Positions 1-10,317 of a DNA stretch of 64,000 nt are shown piece after piece. The stretch is from an uncultured delta proteobacterium (GTDB taxonomy: Bacteria; Desulfobacterota; WTBG01; CAIYCZ01). Below the pieces are notes generated by a model. The model saw only the letters and a list, made by a program, of their open reading frames with translations, had not been told where the DNA came from and made no database searches. Position 1 is the first letter of the stretch. Each line of letters opens with the position of its first letter. The stretch is taken from positions 32,001 to 96,000 of the forward strand of contig CAWDOY010000014.1 in the NCBI GenBank assembly GCA_963803975.1, written 5' to 3'. A program made the position numbers and the translations under genes.

Positions 1-1
1 G

Positions 2-445
2 AATCCTGACCCCTCGCCCCGCGGCGACGGGGGGTTTACGCTGCTGGAAGTATTGCTGGCCGTCATGATCCTGGCCATTACCGTAACGGTGCTGCTGCAG
101 CAGTTCTCCGTAGCCCTCCGGGCCAGCACCACCTCGCAGGAGGTAACCCGGGCCATGCTTCATGCTAAGCAGAAGATTGAAGAATTAAAGATGGCGGACG
201 AGCTGGCTGAATCAGCACAAAGCGGAACCTTTGGCGACGGCTATGATTGGGAGACGCGGATTGTGCCCTATACGCACGAAGCAGCCCCTGAAGATGAACA
301 GGCCTACAAGAACTTAAAAATAGAGACCTTCCAGCTTGAGTCAATAGTGAAATGGCGCGTGGGCGAACGCGTCCGGCAGGTAGCAGTGACGACGTTAAAG
401 ACGGTCCGAAAAAAAGAATGGAAGCAAGGCAACCAGTTTTTCTAA
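2..445 (+). CDS. gspI: Type II secretion minor pseudopilin GspI (5' end cut off by window edge)
   Basis: The frame is open from base 2 and reads ...DGG-FTLLEVLLAVMILAI, a prepilin cleavage/N-methylation motif. The gene is first in a gspIJKLMD run. Confidence 0.8.
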   Translation, partial: NPDPSPRGDGGFTLLEVLLAVMILAITVTVLLQQFSVALRASTTSQEVTRAMLHAKQKIEELKMADELAESAQSGTFGDGYDWETRIVPYTHEAAPEDEQAYKNLKIETFQLESIVKWRVGERVRQVAVTTLKTVRKKEWKQGNQFF

Positions 446-1134
446 CTGTTCTCCGTGCTGCGCGACAGCGCCATCTGCGCGGGTTTACGCTCATAGAGAT
501 GCTGCTTGCCATCACTATTTTTTCCCTGGTGATCGGCGTTATCTTTTCCTCGTTTCGTCTCGGGTCCAGCGCCTGGGAAAAGGGTGAGCGCGATCTGGAG
601 CTGTATCAGGAGATCCGCGCCGTTACGGATCTTCTGTACAGGGAAATCCGCTCCTGCTTTCCCTATACCCTGACCCCGGGAGAGCTTGACAAACACGTAA
701 AGTTTTATGCTTTTTTTGGTGAGCCGCATGCATTGAAATTTGTCTCCTCAGCAAACCTGTACAATACGCTGCACGGGCTTTCCTATCTTGAGTTCTGGGT
801 GAAAGACGGCTCCGGGCTCATGGCCGGAGAAGACCTGGCCCTGGGAGAAGACCTGGCAGAGCGTGCACTGCGTGACAAGGACCGGGCCGTAGTGGTTGGC
901 CCTGAGGTAAAACAGATTCAGTTTCGTTATTTTGACCAGAAGAAAAAGGATGAGAAGGGCGAATGGGTGCAGTCCTGGGATCCCAAGACTAAAGTCGACA
1001 GAGAGCTGCGCCTCCCGCGCGCGGTCGAGGTGAGCCTGACCTTTGATATGGGCAACGGCAGAGTGTTCAATCAGGAGATTATCATTCCCATAGGGCTTGA
1101 TACCATTGCCTCCATGTACAATTACGGCATCTAG
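418..1134 (+). CDS. gspJ: Type II secretion minor pseudopilin GspJ
   Basis: RGFTLIEMLLAI prepilin motif and C-terminal LPRAVEVSL typical of GspJ. Start placed at ATG 418; the ORF track extends to 352. Confidence 0.8.
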   Translation: MEARQPVFLTVLRAARQRHLRGFTLIEMLLAITIFSLVIGVIFSSFRLGSSAWEKGERDLELYQEIRAVTDLLYREIRSCFPYTLTPGELDKHVKFYAFFGEPHALKFVSSANLYNTLHGLSYLEFWVKDGSGLMAGEDLALGEDLAERALRDKDRAVVVGPEVKQIQFRYFDQKKKDEKGEWVQSWDPKTKVDRELRLPRAVEVSLTFDMGNGRVFNQEIIIPIGLDTIASMYNYGI

Positions 1135-1289
1135 GGCCTGTTTGTTGAAAAAGTTGTTTTTCCCAGGCTGGTGAAAAATGCACAGCTGCAAGGCTCCCGA
1201 AATCCTCGAGAAGTGAGGCGTACATTCAGGGTGCGCCGCAACGACGAGGGATGAGGGAAATGCGCAGATGGGCGTTTTGCAACAGCCTG
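1135..1289 (+). mobile_element. ~152-bp MITE-like repeat, copy 1 (subtype A)
   Basis: TTGTTGAAAAAG...TTTTGCAACAGCCTG ends, flanked by CTAG (containing the gspJ stop) and CTAA. The interior is closest to the copy at 48036. Confidence 0.75.
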
Positions 1290-1341
1290 CTAAGGGCCTG
1301 CGGGTATTCGAACACCTGCCGCAGGCAGGATACGCACTATC

Positions 1342-2460
1342 ATGAACAACGACAAGGGCATTGCACTGTTACTGGTGCTCTGGGTCATAACCCTGCTCAC
1401 CGTTATCTGTGCTGAGTTTTCCTGGACCATGCGCACTGAGACCGTTATCACCAGAAACTTCAGGGACGGCGAACAGGCTGCCTACTGTGCTGAAGCAGGC
1501 ATTAACAAGGCCATTGTGGAACTGATGAGAAACATGAGCCGGCCGCCGTCACGCAGCACCCTGGAAGAACCGGACAAGGAGGAGCCGCCGCTGGTCTGGG
1601 AGCCCGGCATAGGACCCATAAACTTTAGCTTTGGGGACTATACCTGCGCCGTCTCAATTGAAGATGAGAATAATAAGATTGGCATAAATGCATTTTTACG
1701 CGAGGCGAAAAAGAACCCGGCTAAGCTGAAGGCCCTGCTCGATGAAAAAATCGGACTGGAAGGTGAAGAGCGCGATACGGTTGCCGATTCCATGATCGAC
1801 TGGTGGGACGCTGACCACGAGATCACCGGGGTAAACGGCGCTGAACAGGACTATTACCGCTCCCTGGCTGAACCCCATGAGTGCCGGGACGGGGAACTGC
1901 CGGTGATGGAAGACCTGCTGCTGGTTAAAGGCATTGACGAACGGATCTTCTATGGTGATGCCGGTAACCCGGCGTATGCTGCCAGCCTTGGTGCTGATGA
2001 ACTGCAGGCCCTGCTCACCGGAGAAGACGGGGGGCAGGACGCGGTGGCTCAGCAGCAGGAAAAAGCAACAGCGCGGGATGAACAGGACGAGCAAAAGAAG
2101 CGCAACCTCGGTTTGGTTAATATTTTTACGACGTTTTCCACCTCTACCACATTTAAAATCGATATCAATACCGCTTCGGCAGCGCAGCTGCAGCTGCTGG
2201 AGGGCATGGATGCTGAGACAGCACAAATGATCGTGCGTGCGCGCAAGGAGAAGCGGTTTGCGTCGCCTGCCGACCGGCTGCCGGAATTCAAAAACTATGA
2301 GGTGTGGAAAAAGGATATAACCTTAGGCAGCGCGGGCGAGGCTCGCTACTATAGAATCAAAAGCCGGGGACTGGTCGAAGCAGCCAGCCGGAATATTACC
2401 GGTGTGGTCCTGTTGACCAGGAACAACTTTTTCATTATGCACTGGCAAGAGGGAAGCTAA
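1342..2460 (+). CDS. gspK: Type II secretion minor pseudopilin GspK
   Basis: KGIALLLVLWVI N-terminus, IDWWDAD motif, DLLLVKGID and IDINTAS helix-hairpin-helix motifs. Confidence 0.9.
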   Translation: MNNDKGIALLLVLWVITLLTVICAEFSWTMRTETVITRNFRDGEQAAYCAEAGINKAIVELMRNMSRPPSRSTLEEPDKEEPPLVWEPGIGPINFSFGDYTCAVSIEDENNKIGINAFLREAKKNPAKLKALLDEKIGLEGEERDTVADSMIDWWDADHEITGVNGAEQDYYRSLAEPHECRDGELPVMEDLLLVKGIDERIFYGDAGNPAYAASLGADELQALLTGEDGGQDAVAQQQEKATARDEQDEQKKRNLGLVNIFTTFSTSTTFKIDINTASAAQLQLLEGMDAETAQMIVRARKEKRFASPADRLPEFKNYEVWKKDITLGSAGEARYYRIKSRGLVEAASRNITGVVLLTRNNFFIMHWQEGS

Positions 2461-2497
2461 GAGTGTCAATCATTGTGACAGGAATCGTACTAAAGCC

Positions 2498-4066
2498 ATG
2501 CAGAGCATAGGACTCCTCATTAAAGACGAGCAGATGGTGCTGGTATGCCTGAAACAGGGGCTGCGCGCCACCTGGCTGGAAGGCTATGAAACAATGCCCC
2601 TGGGGGAGCTCAAGGGAGAAGATCGGGATGAGGCGCTTCTCTACAACCTTGAGCGGTTTCTCAGGCTTCACCCGGGCGGACGCGACAACCTGTTTCTGGC
2701 ACTCTCCCGGGACAAGGTGCTGATGCAGGCAGTCTATCTGCCCCTTGCCGTGGAGGAAAACCTCGGCAGCGCTTTAAACTATGAAATGGACCGGCTCACG
2801 CCGTTTTCCCTGGATGCCATCTATTTCGACTACTATATACTGAAGCGCTTTCCGGCACGAAATCAGCTCTATCTGATGCTTATCGTGGTTAAAAAAGAGG
2901 TGGTTGACAATTACCTCAATCTGCTTAAAAAAATTGGCGTGCGCCCCCGCGGCATCGAGCTGACCTCCACGGCGCTCTTCAACATCCATACAACCGGCCG
3001 TCATGGCGCAGACAAGCTCTGGTCAAAAAAAGACCTGCTGCTGCAAAGCACCCTCCTGGCAAAGCTGGAGAAGGCTGTCCCGCAGCTCTTTCCGCAGGCG
3101 CTGCAAGGCACCGCAGGCAGCGGGGAGGCCGCGGCACCGGCGCTTGAGGTTTTGGTTTCCTATCTTAACGGCCACCTGGAACTCAACTTGGTAAGTGATG
3201 ACACGCTCTACTATGCGCGCTCCCTGCCGGTTGCGGCGAGTGACCGGGAGAATGCCAAAGAGCACCAGGCAAACCTCTACCTGAGCGAGATCCAGCATGA
3301 AATCCAGCGGGGCATGCTCAACCTTCCGGAGCATACGGAGCTAGAGCGTTCGGTCCGGGTTCTTCTTTCCGGGAAGGACCTGGATGAAGCGTCCCTTATC
3401 GAGCAGTCTGCGCCTGCGGGACTGGAGGTCAGCGTCATGCGGGATGCTGCTATCAGCGTACGCGAAGCGGCTGATCAGCGCCAGCTGCCGCTGCTGTCCA
3501 TAGTGCTGGGCCTTGCCCTCAAGGGGGTGCGGCGGGTACCGCTGGATATCAATCTCATGCCCGTTGCCCTGCGCCCGAAAAAGAAAAAGAGTAAAAAAAA
3601 GATTGCTGCAGTGGTGGTATCCTGTCTCGTCGTACTGCTGGCCGGCGGGCTCCTGATAACGAATATTCTGCAAACCAATGCCCGCATTACGGAGCTGGAT
3701 GCACAGCTGGCTGAATTAAAAGTGGCGGCGCGGGCGGTAGAGGCGCTGCAGAAGGAAATTGAGCAAACAGAAAAATACGATGCCGAGATAAAACAGATAA
3801 AGGATGCGGATGTATCAAAGCTGAAAATTCTGGAAGAGCTCACCATGCTTATTCCGGATGACAGCTGGCTTACTGATTTTGAATTTAACGGGGACGAAAA
3901 AAAGATTATTCTCTCAGGGTATTCTACCTCGGCTTCTAAACTGATCCCCATTCTTGAAGATTCAAAGCTGTTTGAAAAGGTAAAATTCACCTCGCCTATC
4001 ACCAAGGGCGGCGGGGTAAAAGAAAATTTTAAAATCGAGCTGACGCCGGAAGCAGCTAAAAAATGA
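2498..4066 (+). CDS. gspL: Type II secretion GspL/PilM-PilN-like inner-membrane platform protein
   Basis: Cytoplasmic actin-like N-domain, INLMP motif, one TM helix, a coiled coil and a PilN-like C-domain. Lies between gspK and gspM. Confidence 0.75.
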   Translation: MQSIGLLIKDEQMVLVCLKQGLRATWLEGYETMPLGELKGEDRDEALLYNLERFLRLHPGGRDNLFLALSRDKVLMQAVYLPLAVEENLGSALNYEMDRLTPFSLDAIYFDYYILKRFPARNQLYLMLIVVKKEVVDNYLNLLKKIGVRPRGIELTSTALFNIHTTGRHGADKLWSKKDLLLQSTLLAKLEKAVPQLFPQALQGTAGSGEAAAPALEVLVSYLNGHLELNLVSDDTLYYARSLPVAASDRENAKEHQANLYLSEIQHEIQRGMLNLPEHTELERSVRVLLSGKDLDEASLIEQSAPAGLEVSVMRDAAISVREAADQRQLPLLSIVLGLALKGVRRVPLDINLMPVALRPKKKKSKKKIAAVVVSCLVVLLAGGLLITNILQTNARITELDAQLAELKVAARAVEALQKEIEQTEKYDAEIKQIKDADVSKLKILEELTMLIPDDSWLTDFEFNGDEKKIILSGYSTSASKLIPILEDSKLFEKVKFTSPITKGGGVKENFKIELTPEAAKK

Positions 4067-4079
4067 GAGGGACCAGAAC

Positions 4080-4646
4080 ATGCCGTTAAAGATTTCTGCT
4101 CGGGACAGACGGTTTCTTATGGTTGGTGCCGTGGCCGTGGGCCTCTTTGTGCTGATTAAATTCATCTTCTTTCCGGCCGTTGATAAATTCTCCAGCCAGA
4201 AAGAAGATCTGGCGTTCAAGGAAGCAGCGGTTGAAAAATATACCCGCATCATCGGCAAGCAGGACGAGCTGCAAAAAAAGCTCCGGCTCCTGAAAAAAGA
4301 TGATGTGAAGATAAGTAACAGCCTGTTGAAGGGGGAAACCCCGTCTCTGTCTGCTGCGGATATTCAGAAAAGCATAGACCGGATTGCCACCAGCAGCACG
4401 ATTGAGATTCAGAGCGTTAAGGTTATGGACTCGGGCAAGCAGGCCGACCTGGTCACCGTTCCCATCCAGGTGCGCTTTACCACTGATCTGAGCCGGATGA
4501 AAAACTTTGTCTACAGTATTGAGACCGGCCAAAAACTCTTGACAATTCCAAATCTTAAAATTAGTGTAAGGAATCGCAGAGAGCCCCGGGAGGTTATTGT
4601 TACCGCCGTGGTCTGCGGTTTCATGAAGAAGGAAGAAAAAGGTTAA
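4080..4646 (+). CDS. gspM: Type II secretion GspM/PilO-like protein
   Basis: SARDRRFL followed by a TM helix, a coiled coil and a ferredoxin-like C-domain. Gene order supports the call. Confidence 0.75.
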   Translation: MPLKISARDRRFLMVGAVAVGLFVLIKFIFFPAVDKFSSQKEDLAFKEAAVEKYTRIIGKQDELQKKLRLLKKDDVKISNSLLKGETPSLSAADIQKSIDRIATSSTIEIQSVKVMDSGKQADLVTVPIQVRFTTDLSRMKNFVYSIETGQKLLTIPNLKISVRNRREPREVIVTAVVCGFMKKEEKG

Positions 4647-4654
4647 ATGCCGAT

Positions 4655-6961
4655 ATGATGCCACGTTATCCCGTGCTAACCGCCACCCTGCTGCGCTCAG
4701 TAAAAAATCATTTCTGGGTCGCCGGATTATGGCTGCTTGTTTTCTGCATCAGCTGTGCCGGCACGCCGGCAGCAAAAACACCTGCTGCACCCGCTCCCCG
4801 GCCGCAGCGCAGCGCTGAAAAACCGGGCACCCCGGCCGCTCCGCAGTCTGAGTCTATTGTTGAAGCCGGCGAGACGCAGCCGGTCGATACGCAGCGCACT
4901 ACCCCGCTGCAGCGTCGTGAGCAGCAGAAGCTGCGCACCACGTCTGCACAAAAAACACCTGCCGCGGAACCCGGGGGGAAACAGAAAATAGCCCTGGACT
5001 TTGATGATGCGGATATTTACGAAGTGATAAATGCCCTCTCTGATGTCCTCAATATAAATTATGTCATAGACCCGGCAGTGCGCGGCAAGGTCAATATCCA
5101 TACCAGCGGCGAAATAGACAAGAGCCAGCTGATGCCCATCATGGAAACGATCTTCAAGATCAACAACATTGCTGCGGTCAAAACCGGCAGCATCTACAAA
5201 ATCGTCCCCCTCAAGGAGGCAAAATCAGCAGTCCCCGAAGTGGGCATCGGAACTGCCCTTGAATCTGTGCCCTCGCTCGACCGGGTTATTATTCAGATAG
5301 TACCCCTGCGTTTCATTCCTTCAGCAGAAGCGATAAAGGTTATGAAGCCCTTCATCAGCCCGGGAGGCGATATCCAGGAATTCAGCAAGGGCAACATCCT
5401 CATCATCGTGGACACCTCGGCAAATGTAAAAAAGCTGCTGAGCTTTATTGATGTGATGGATGTCGATACCTTCGAGCAGATGCAGGTGCGTTTTTTCAAG
5501 GTAAAAAACGCCGATGTGAAGGACATGGCAAAGGAGCTGGAAGGCCTGTTCACCTCTGTTGGGTTTGCCAAATCATCAGAAAAGGGGATTGGCGTCTCTT
5601 TCATCCCCATCGAGCGGGCCAGCTATATTCTGGCCGTGAGCTCCATTCCCGGGGTCATGGAAAAAGTTGAGCACTGGGTTTCGATGCTCGATGCAGTTGA
5701 AACCGGCAATGAAGAGCAGGTATTTGTCTATTTTCTGGAGAATGCCAAGGCCACTGATATCGCCGATGTGCTGGGCAACCTCTACGGCGAGGGAGCCGGC
5801 GCGAAATCCTCCTCAACGACCCCGAAGACAAAAAAGGATACAACCTCACGCACCGGCCAGTCGTCAATGTCGAGCAGGAATCGGAATACCCGGGACCGGC
5901 AGCAGCAGACCGGCTCCTCCAGAAGGGATACCGGTACCGGCGGCGGGGTTACCGGAGTGACCGGGATGCTCCAGGCTGAGATCAAAATAGTAACTGATGA
6001 GACCACTAACTCGCTCATCGTCCGCGCCCTCCCGGTAGATTATGCGGTCATCAAGGAAACCATTCAAAAGCTTGATGTGGTCCCCAAACAGGTGCTCATT
6101 GAGGTGCTCATTGCCGAAGTAAGGATGACGGGAGACACGGAATTCGGCGTGGAGTGGGCGCTCAGAAACCCTAACACGAGCCTCGGCGGGTACAAGGGCG
6201 AAAGCCGGACCGAGACGACCTACGGGCTTGGCGGCCTCGGAACCGACCTGGGAACCGCCCTCAACAAGGGGTTCAGCTACCGCTTTGGTTCAGACCGGCT
6301 GCAGGCTTTTCTCGTCGCCCAGGCGAGCCAGAACAAGCTCAATATTCTTTCCTGCCCGCAGATTCTGGCCGCCGACAACAAGGAGGCGCGCATCGAAGTG
6401 GGTGAAGAAGTGCCCATTGTCACCAGTGAGTATGTGCCCCTGACCACCGACAACGTCGACCAGACCTCCCGCTCCATCGAGTACCGGAACACCGGCGTAA
6501 TCCTGACGGTTACCCCCCGGATTAACGACAAGGGCCTGGTATCAATGGATATCGAGCAGGAAGTGAGCAAGGCTCAGCCCATCGTGGCCGGCGGCATACA
6601 GTCTCCGACCATAACCAACCGTAAGGCACAGACCTCGCTCGTAGTGCAGAATGCAACCACCATCGTCATCGGCGGCCTCATCGGCCAGGAATCATCCAAA
6701 ACCGTGTCCGGCATACCGTTTCTTTCAGGCATACCGCTGCTGGGCTATTTTTTCAGCGACACCAAAAGCAGTAAAACTAAAGCAGAGTTGATAATAATAA
6801 TAACCCCGCATGTGGTCACCAATATTAATGAAGCGGAAATCATCTCCCAGGATTTCAGAAACAAGGTAGGCCAGATTAAAAAGCTTATCCGGAAAAGTGA
6901 TGAAAAATGGCTGAAGGACTACCGGATTGAAAACGGAGAAATGCCCGCGGAGAAAGATTGA
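4655..6961 (+). CDS. gspD: Type II secretion secretin GspD
   Basis: LDFDDADI N0 domain, repeated N domains, QVLIEVLIAEV, and GIPFLSGIPLLGYFF secretin signature. Confidence 0.93.
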   Translation: MMPRYPVLTATLLRSVKNHFWVAGLWLLVFCISCAGTPAAKTPAAPAPRPQRSAEKPGTPAAPQSESIVEAGETQPVDTQRTTPLQRREQQKLRTTSAQKTPAAEPGGKQKIALDFDDADIYEVINALSDVLNINYVIDPAVRGKVNIHTSGEIDKSQLMPIMETIFKINNIAAVKTGSIYKIVPLKEAKSAVPEVGIGTALESVPSLDRVIIQIVPLRFIPSAEAIKVMKPFISPGGDIQEFSKGNILIIVDTSANVKKLLSFIDVMDVDTFEQMQVRFFKVKNADVKDMAKELEGLFTSVGFAKSSEKGIGVSFIPIERASYILAVSSIPGVMEKVEHWVSMLDAVETGNEEQVFVYFLENAKATDIADVLGNLYGEGAGAKSSSTTPKTKKDTTSRTGQSSMSSRNRNTRDRQQQTGSSRRDTGTGGGVTGVTGMLQAEIKIVTDETTNSLIVRALPVDYAVIKETIQKLDVVPKQVLIEVLIAEVRMTGDTEFGVEWALRNPNTSLGGYKGESRTETTYGLGGLGTDLGTALNKGFSYRFGSDRLQAFLVAQASQNKLNILSCPQILAADNKEARIEVGEEVPIVTSEYVPLTTDNVDQTSRSIEYRNTGVILTVTPRINDKGLVSMDIEQEVSKAQPIVAGGIQSPTITNRKAQTSLVVQNATTIVIGGLIGQESSKTVSGIPFLSGIPLLGYFFSDTKSSKTKAELIIIITPHVVTNINEAEIISQDFRNKVGQIKKLIRKSDEKWLKDYRIENGEMPAEKD

Positions 6962-6966
6962 GGTCC

Positions 6967-7015
6967 CTGGCTTGTCACGCCGGAGACGCGGGTTCATGCC
7001 TCGTCGTCCCCGTCA
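6967..7015 (+). pseudogene. Degenerate 3' half of tRNA-Asp(GTC), probable att scar
   Basis: CTGGC-TTGTCAC-GCCGG anticodon arm, AGAC variable loop, GCGGG-TTCATGC-CTCGT T-arm and CGTCCCC-G-TCA acceptor strand. No 5' half is present upstream. Confidence 0.65.
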
Positions 7016-7022
7016 CTACTGA

Positions 7023-7056
7023 TGCGGGTTTGGCTTATATGGTCAAACCCGCATTT
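7023..7056 (+). terminator. Hairpin/terminator after gspD and the tRNA remnant
   Basis: TGCGGGTTTG...CAAACCCGCA followed by TTTT. Confidence 0.6.
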
Positions 7057-7494
7057 TCTATTTGGTCGCGTATAGTGCACGTCCCGTTGCGCCATCATCA
7101 AACAAGTCAACCGCCTCTTTATTACCTTCAGGGGGATAAAAGGGGATATATAACAGCGCCCTTTAATAGCTCTCCTGCTGTGGTCTTCCGGGGCCAAACA
7201 CTCAAGTGAGCGCTTCAGTTTTCTCTCAAGCCCCTTAACAAACTTCAGTACAGTAAAAGGCAAAATCGCCAGCACATCATGCTGATAGTTTCCGCGCCGA
7301 GCAATATGGTGGGGAATATTTTTGGTATTACGATGTGTGATAGTCGTGGCATGGGCTGGGATCATATGCCGGGAAAGCAGTGAAAGCCACAACAAAGGGC
7401 GTTGCCCCCTTTTCCCATTTAAGCCCCCGGTGCAGAGTCAGCCCCGGCAGATGTGCATGGTTTTTCAGGGGAGATAACAGAGAAAAAATTGTGA

Positions 7495-7592
7495 CTTCTA
7501 AATGAAGTGTTAAACAACTTGGGCAGAGTTGGTCAATGCGCTTGATAGCAGTAAGCGCGCATTTTGACCAATCAGGTGACACCACAAGATGT
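7495..7592 (-). repeat. Diverged island repeat, copy C (inverted relative to copies A and B)
   Basis: Blocks AAATGAAGTGT, TTGATA..TAAGC..GCATTTT and CACCACAA.AT occur at almost the same spacing as in the reverse complement of 11429-11563. Confidence 0.5.
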
Positions 7593-7596
7593 TGTA

Positions 7597-7626
7597 AAAA
7601 GGCAGGGCCATTGCTGACCCTGCCTT
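7597..7626. terminator. Inverted repeat, probable terminator
   Basis: AAGGCAGGG-N11-CCCTGCCTT. Confidence 0.5.
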
Positions 7627-7782
7627 CCTCACCCCGTTTTATCTTTTATAGGAGTCTTAAGCGTCAATGATGCCGACCATGAAAGCATGCCTTTTTACTA
7701 GGAATGGCTCACCACAATATATAGAAAAAGGTAACGGCATCAATGCCCTTGTTTTTTATTGCTACCCTTTTATTTTGAAAGA

Positions 7783-9895
7783 TTAAGGCTTGTTAAAGGT
7801 TATTTCAAACTCTGAATCTTCATCACAACTGTATGGACTTAATACATCAACATATGAACTGGTGTACTGCTCCCGATACTTCAGCGTGGCAGGATCAAAA
7901 TAATCACACACTGAGCTGCCAAAAACCCAGAACCCAATCCGGTCAGCTTCCTTGACATCTTCATAGAGCGGCTTGTTAACACTGTTCTGTATGCTCCAGG
8001 TCCAATCCTGAGCGCTCATGTCTAACAAGCCCTCTGCCTTGAAGCTGGTCACACATAATTGCGTGGGATCATCAGCACAAGGATCAACCGTTGCCCTGAA
8101 GGTTCCGGTCTGCTTGCATTTCTCACCACACCCCCGGTCTTCTGTTCCGTTAAAGGTATTCCCAGAAAACGTGCCGGTGGGGTACATATCAACATTGATA
8201 TATTTGTCATATTCTCCACCGTCTGAATCCACCCCTCGTCCCTTCACGACTGCAAACCTGAACGTGCATTGATTGAAGCCGCTAATATCTACAGGAGGTG
8301 TTACCGGTTTCTCATATATTAAGTTTATCCATTTAAATCCTATATATCCTCTATTTTTGTTTTCTGTATCACCTTTAATGTGGAAGCCAAGTAGATTTGC
8401 ACCTTCTTTTAGATTTTCTACATGGGCAGACAAACACACGTCAGCTATATCTTCAGCATAATAAGTGTTAATTTCATTGCCTTCACTATTATAAATTGTC
8501 AGCTGGGGATAAACAGGTATATACCCCAAGTATCCATCTATGCATAATTTTATATCTAATGCATCGCTTTGAACTTTATATCCATCTATGAGTTCTGTTT
8601 CGCTGCCGCTACTGTTAACTGTCAAAGTATATGCAGGAAAAATATCTTGTCCGATAGTTTTGTCTTCAACTTTTGCCCAAAGGTCTTTTATTAGTGATAT
8701 GTTAATAAAAGAATTAACACCAAAATAATAAATCTTGGTATATCTTTTACCCACTCCATCAGCACGTTCCCCTGATTGATATGGTTCAAATTTTAACGTT
8801 TCAAAATCAAATACAATTTTATTTTCTTCAGTTGGATTCCCTGGCTTGTATGGAAAGTTTGGGTCTGAAACAGAAAAGATATCAACCTCACGACCATTCA
8901 GCATGGTTCTTCCAGATTTTTTATAAACAATCAAAGCATGCCCGTAATGTTTTTTATCTGGCGTATTTTCATTTTCCCAGCGATTAACTGAGACATATTG
9001 AGGCTTTCCTGTCTTTTTTAATGCATAAGCAAAACATAAATACGTATAAATATCTCCTTTGATTAGTTGTAACTTGTACCCCGCGATTTTTTTTCAATTC
9101 TGTATCGAAGCTTTTTTCGCGCTGAATAACAGAACAGAGTTTATAGGCTAATTCATCATCCCATTGTAATGACGGTGTTTTGTGCTCACTGTTTCCGTTG
9201 TTATCATAAAGTCCATATAAAGATGGTTTTCCCTCCCGCTTCTTTTTAACTATATAATAATATAATGCTGCAACGCTTTGACCTGAACATTGCCCACCAT
9301 CAGCAACATAAGAGCCGTAATTCTTGAACTGCCAGTCATCAATACCATGCTTAAAATCTGTGTCTAATGCAAGTCCTTTGAGCTCTTGCACTTTTGCGTA
9401 AACAACTGCAAAATTACTGAAATGACATGTAGCAACAGTTATGTAGTTTGACTCCTGAGCGATAAGCGGCATCCCCTCTAATTCACCGGTGTTCTCGTCA
9501 TAATAAAAGGCCATAGCAAAGTCATTTTCAGGGTCAGGAATCTTTACCGGAATTTTGATTGTAATTACTTCGCTGGAGAATTCATGACCATTGTCGATTG
9601 TAATGAGTGGGGTTAAAGGGTTAAAATCATTGCCAAATTTATGTGAAATTATAGGTCGGTACGAAATCTCATAATTTTTCGTTTCGCTATAAGTGCCTGC
9701 TGGCACCTCAATTGTAAGTCCATCAAGCGGGTCACCTGTTTTACTGACAGTAATAGTTCCACCCTCTATCCCTATGGTCTCGGTGGTAACTTCAACCTCT
9801 TCCCCAACAACAATGGGCTTGGTATTTTTCTGGCAGTCAACTAATGCCAGCAATAATAAAAAAATAGCTAACCCCTTAATATATGATGTCTTCAT
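7783..9895 (-). CDS. Putative secreted lipoprotein with a papain/C39-like Cys-His-Asp peptidase domain, frameshifted at an A8 run (9087-9094)
   Basis: Signal/lipobox-like LLLALVDC. Removing one A joins ORFs 8984-9895 and 7783-8934 in frame, giving GQCSGQS...GHALIVY...VSDPNFP. Confidence 0.6.
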
Positions 9896-10173
9896 AATGC
9901 CCCCTGCAATGTTTTAAAAATAAAAACCCCCACCTGCACACATGCAGATAGAGGTTTATTATACGCTCATCTAATTTATCTTTTAAATAAATCCCAGACA
10001 TGGAATATCACCTCCGGAATTATTAAAATTATACTCTCATGGAAGAAACTCCGTCAATAAAATTCTTTTTATCTTTTGGCTATGGTATGGAATCCAATAG
10101 GCATGTTATGTTTGGTACAAAAGTGGGGAATGAGTTCATCAATGTATCAAAGCAAGGTGTAGACTTCGTACCA

Positions 10174-10306
10174 TATATTGTGGTGGGCATTACCCAGTCA
10201 AAAGTGCGGCTTATGTATCAGCACCGAAAGAAGTTTAACAGCCTAAATTCATTGCACACTTCTTTTGCCAATCATCACTGGCAGTGAAAAAATATTAGCA
10301 TAATGT
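10174..10306 (+). repeat. Diverged island repeat, copy A
   Basis: TATATTGTGGTGGGCATTAC...AAAAGTGCGGCTTATGTATCA...AAATTCATTGCACACTTC...GCATAATGT, colinear with 11429-11563. Confidence 0.8.
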
Positions 10307-10317
10307 CGGCCTTCAAA

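Noticed and set aside
6967..7015. Functional tRNA-Asp
   Set aside because: There is no D-arm or 5' acceptor strand, and the T-loop and CCA end are mutated.
6958..7585. ORFs 6958-7209, 6994-7395 and 7328-7585
   Set aside because: They have no recognisable motifs and overlap the tRNA remnant, hairpin and island repeat.
10249..10271. Sigma54 promoter in island repeat A (minus-strand TTGGCA...TGC)
   Set aside because: The GG-to-GC spacing is two bases too long, and the motif is not kept in copy B.
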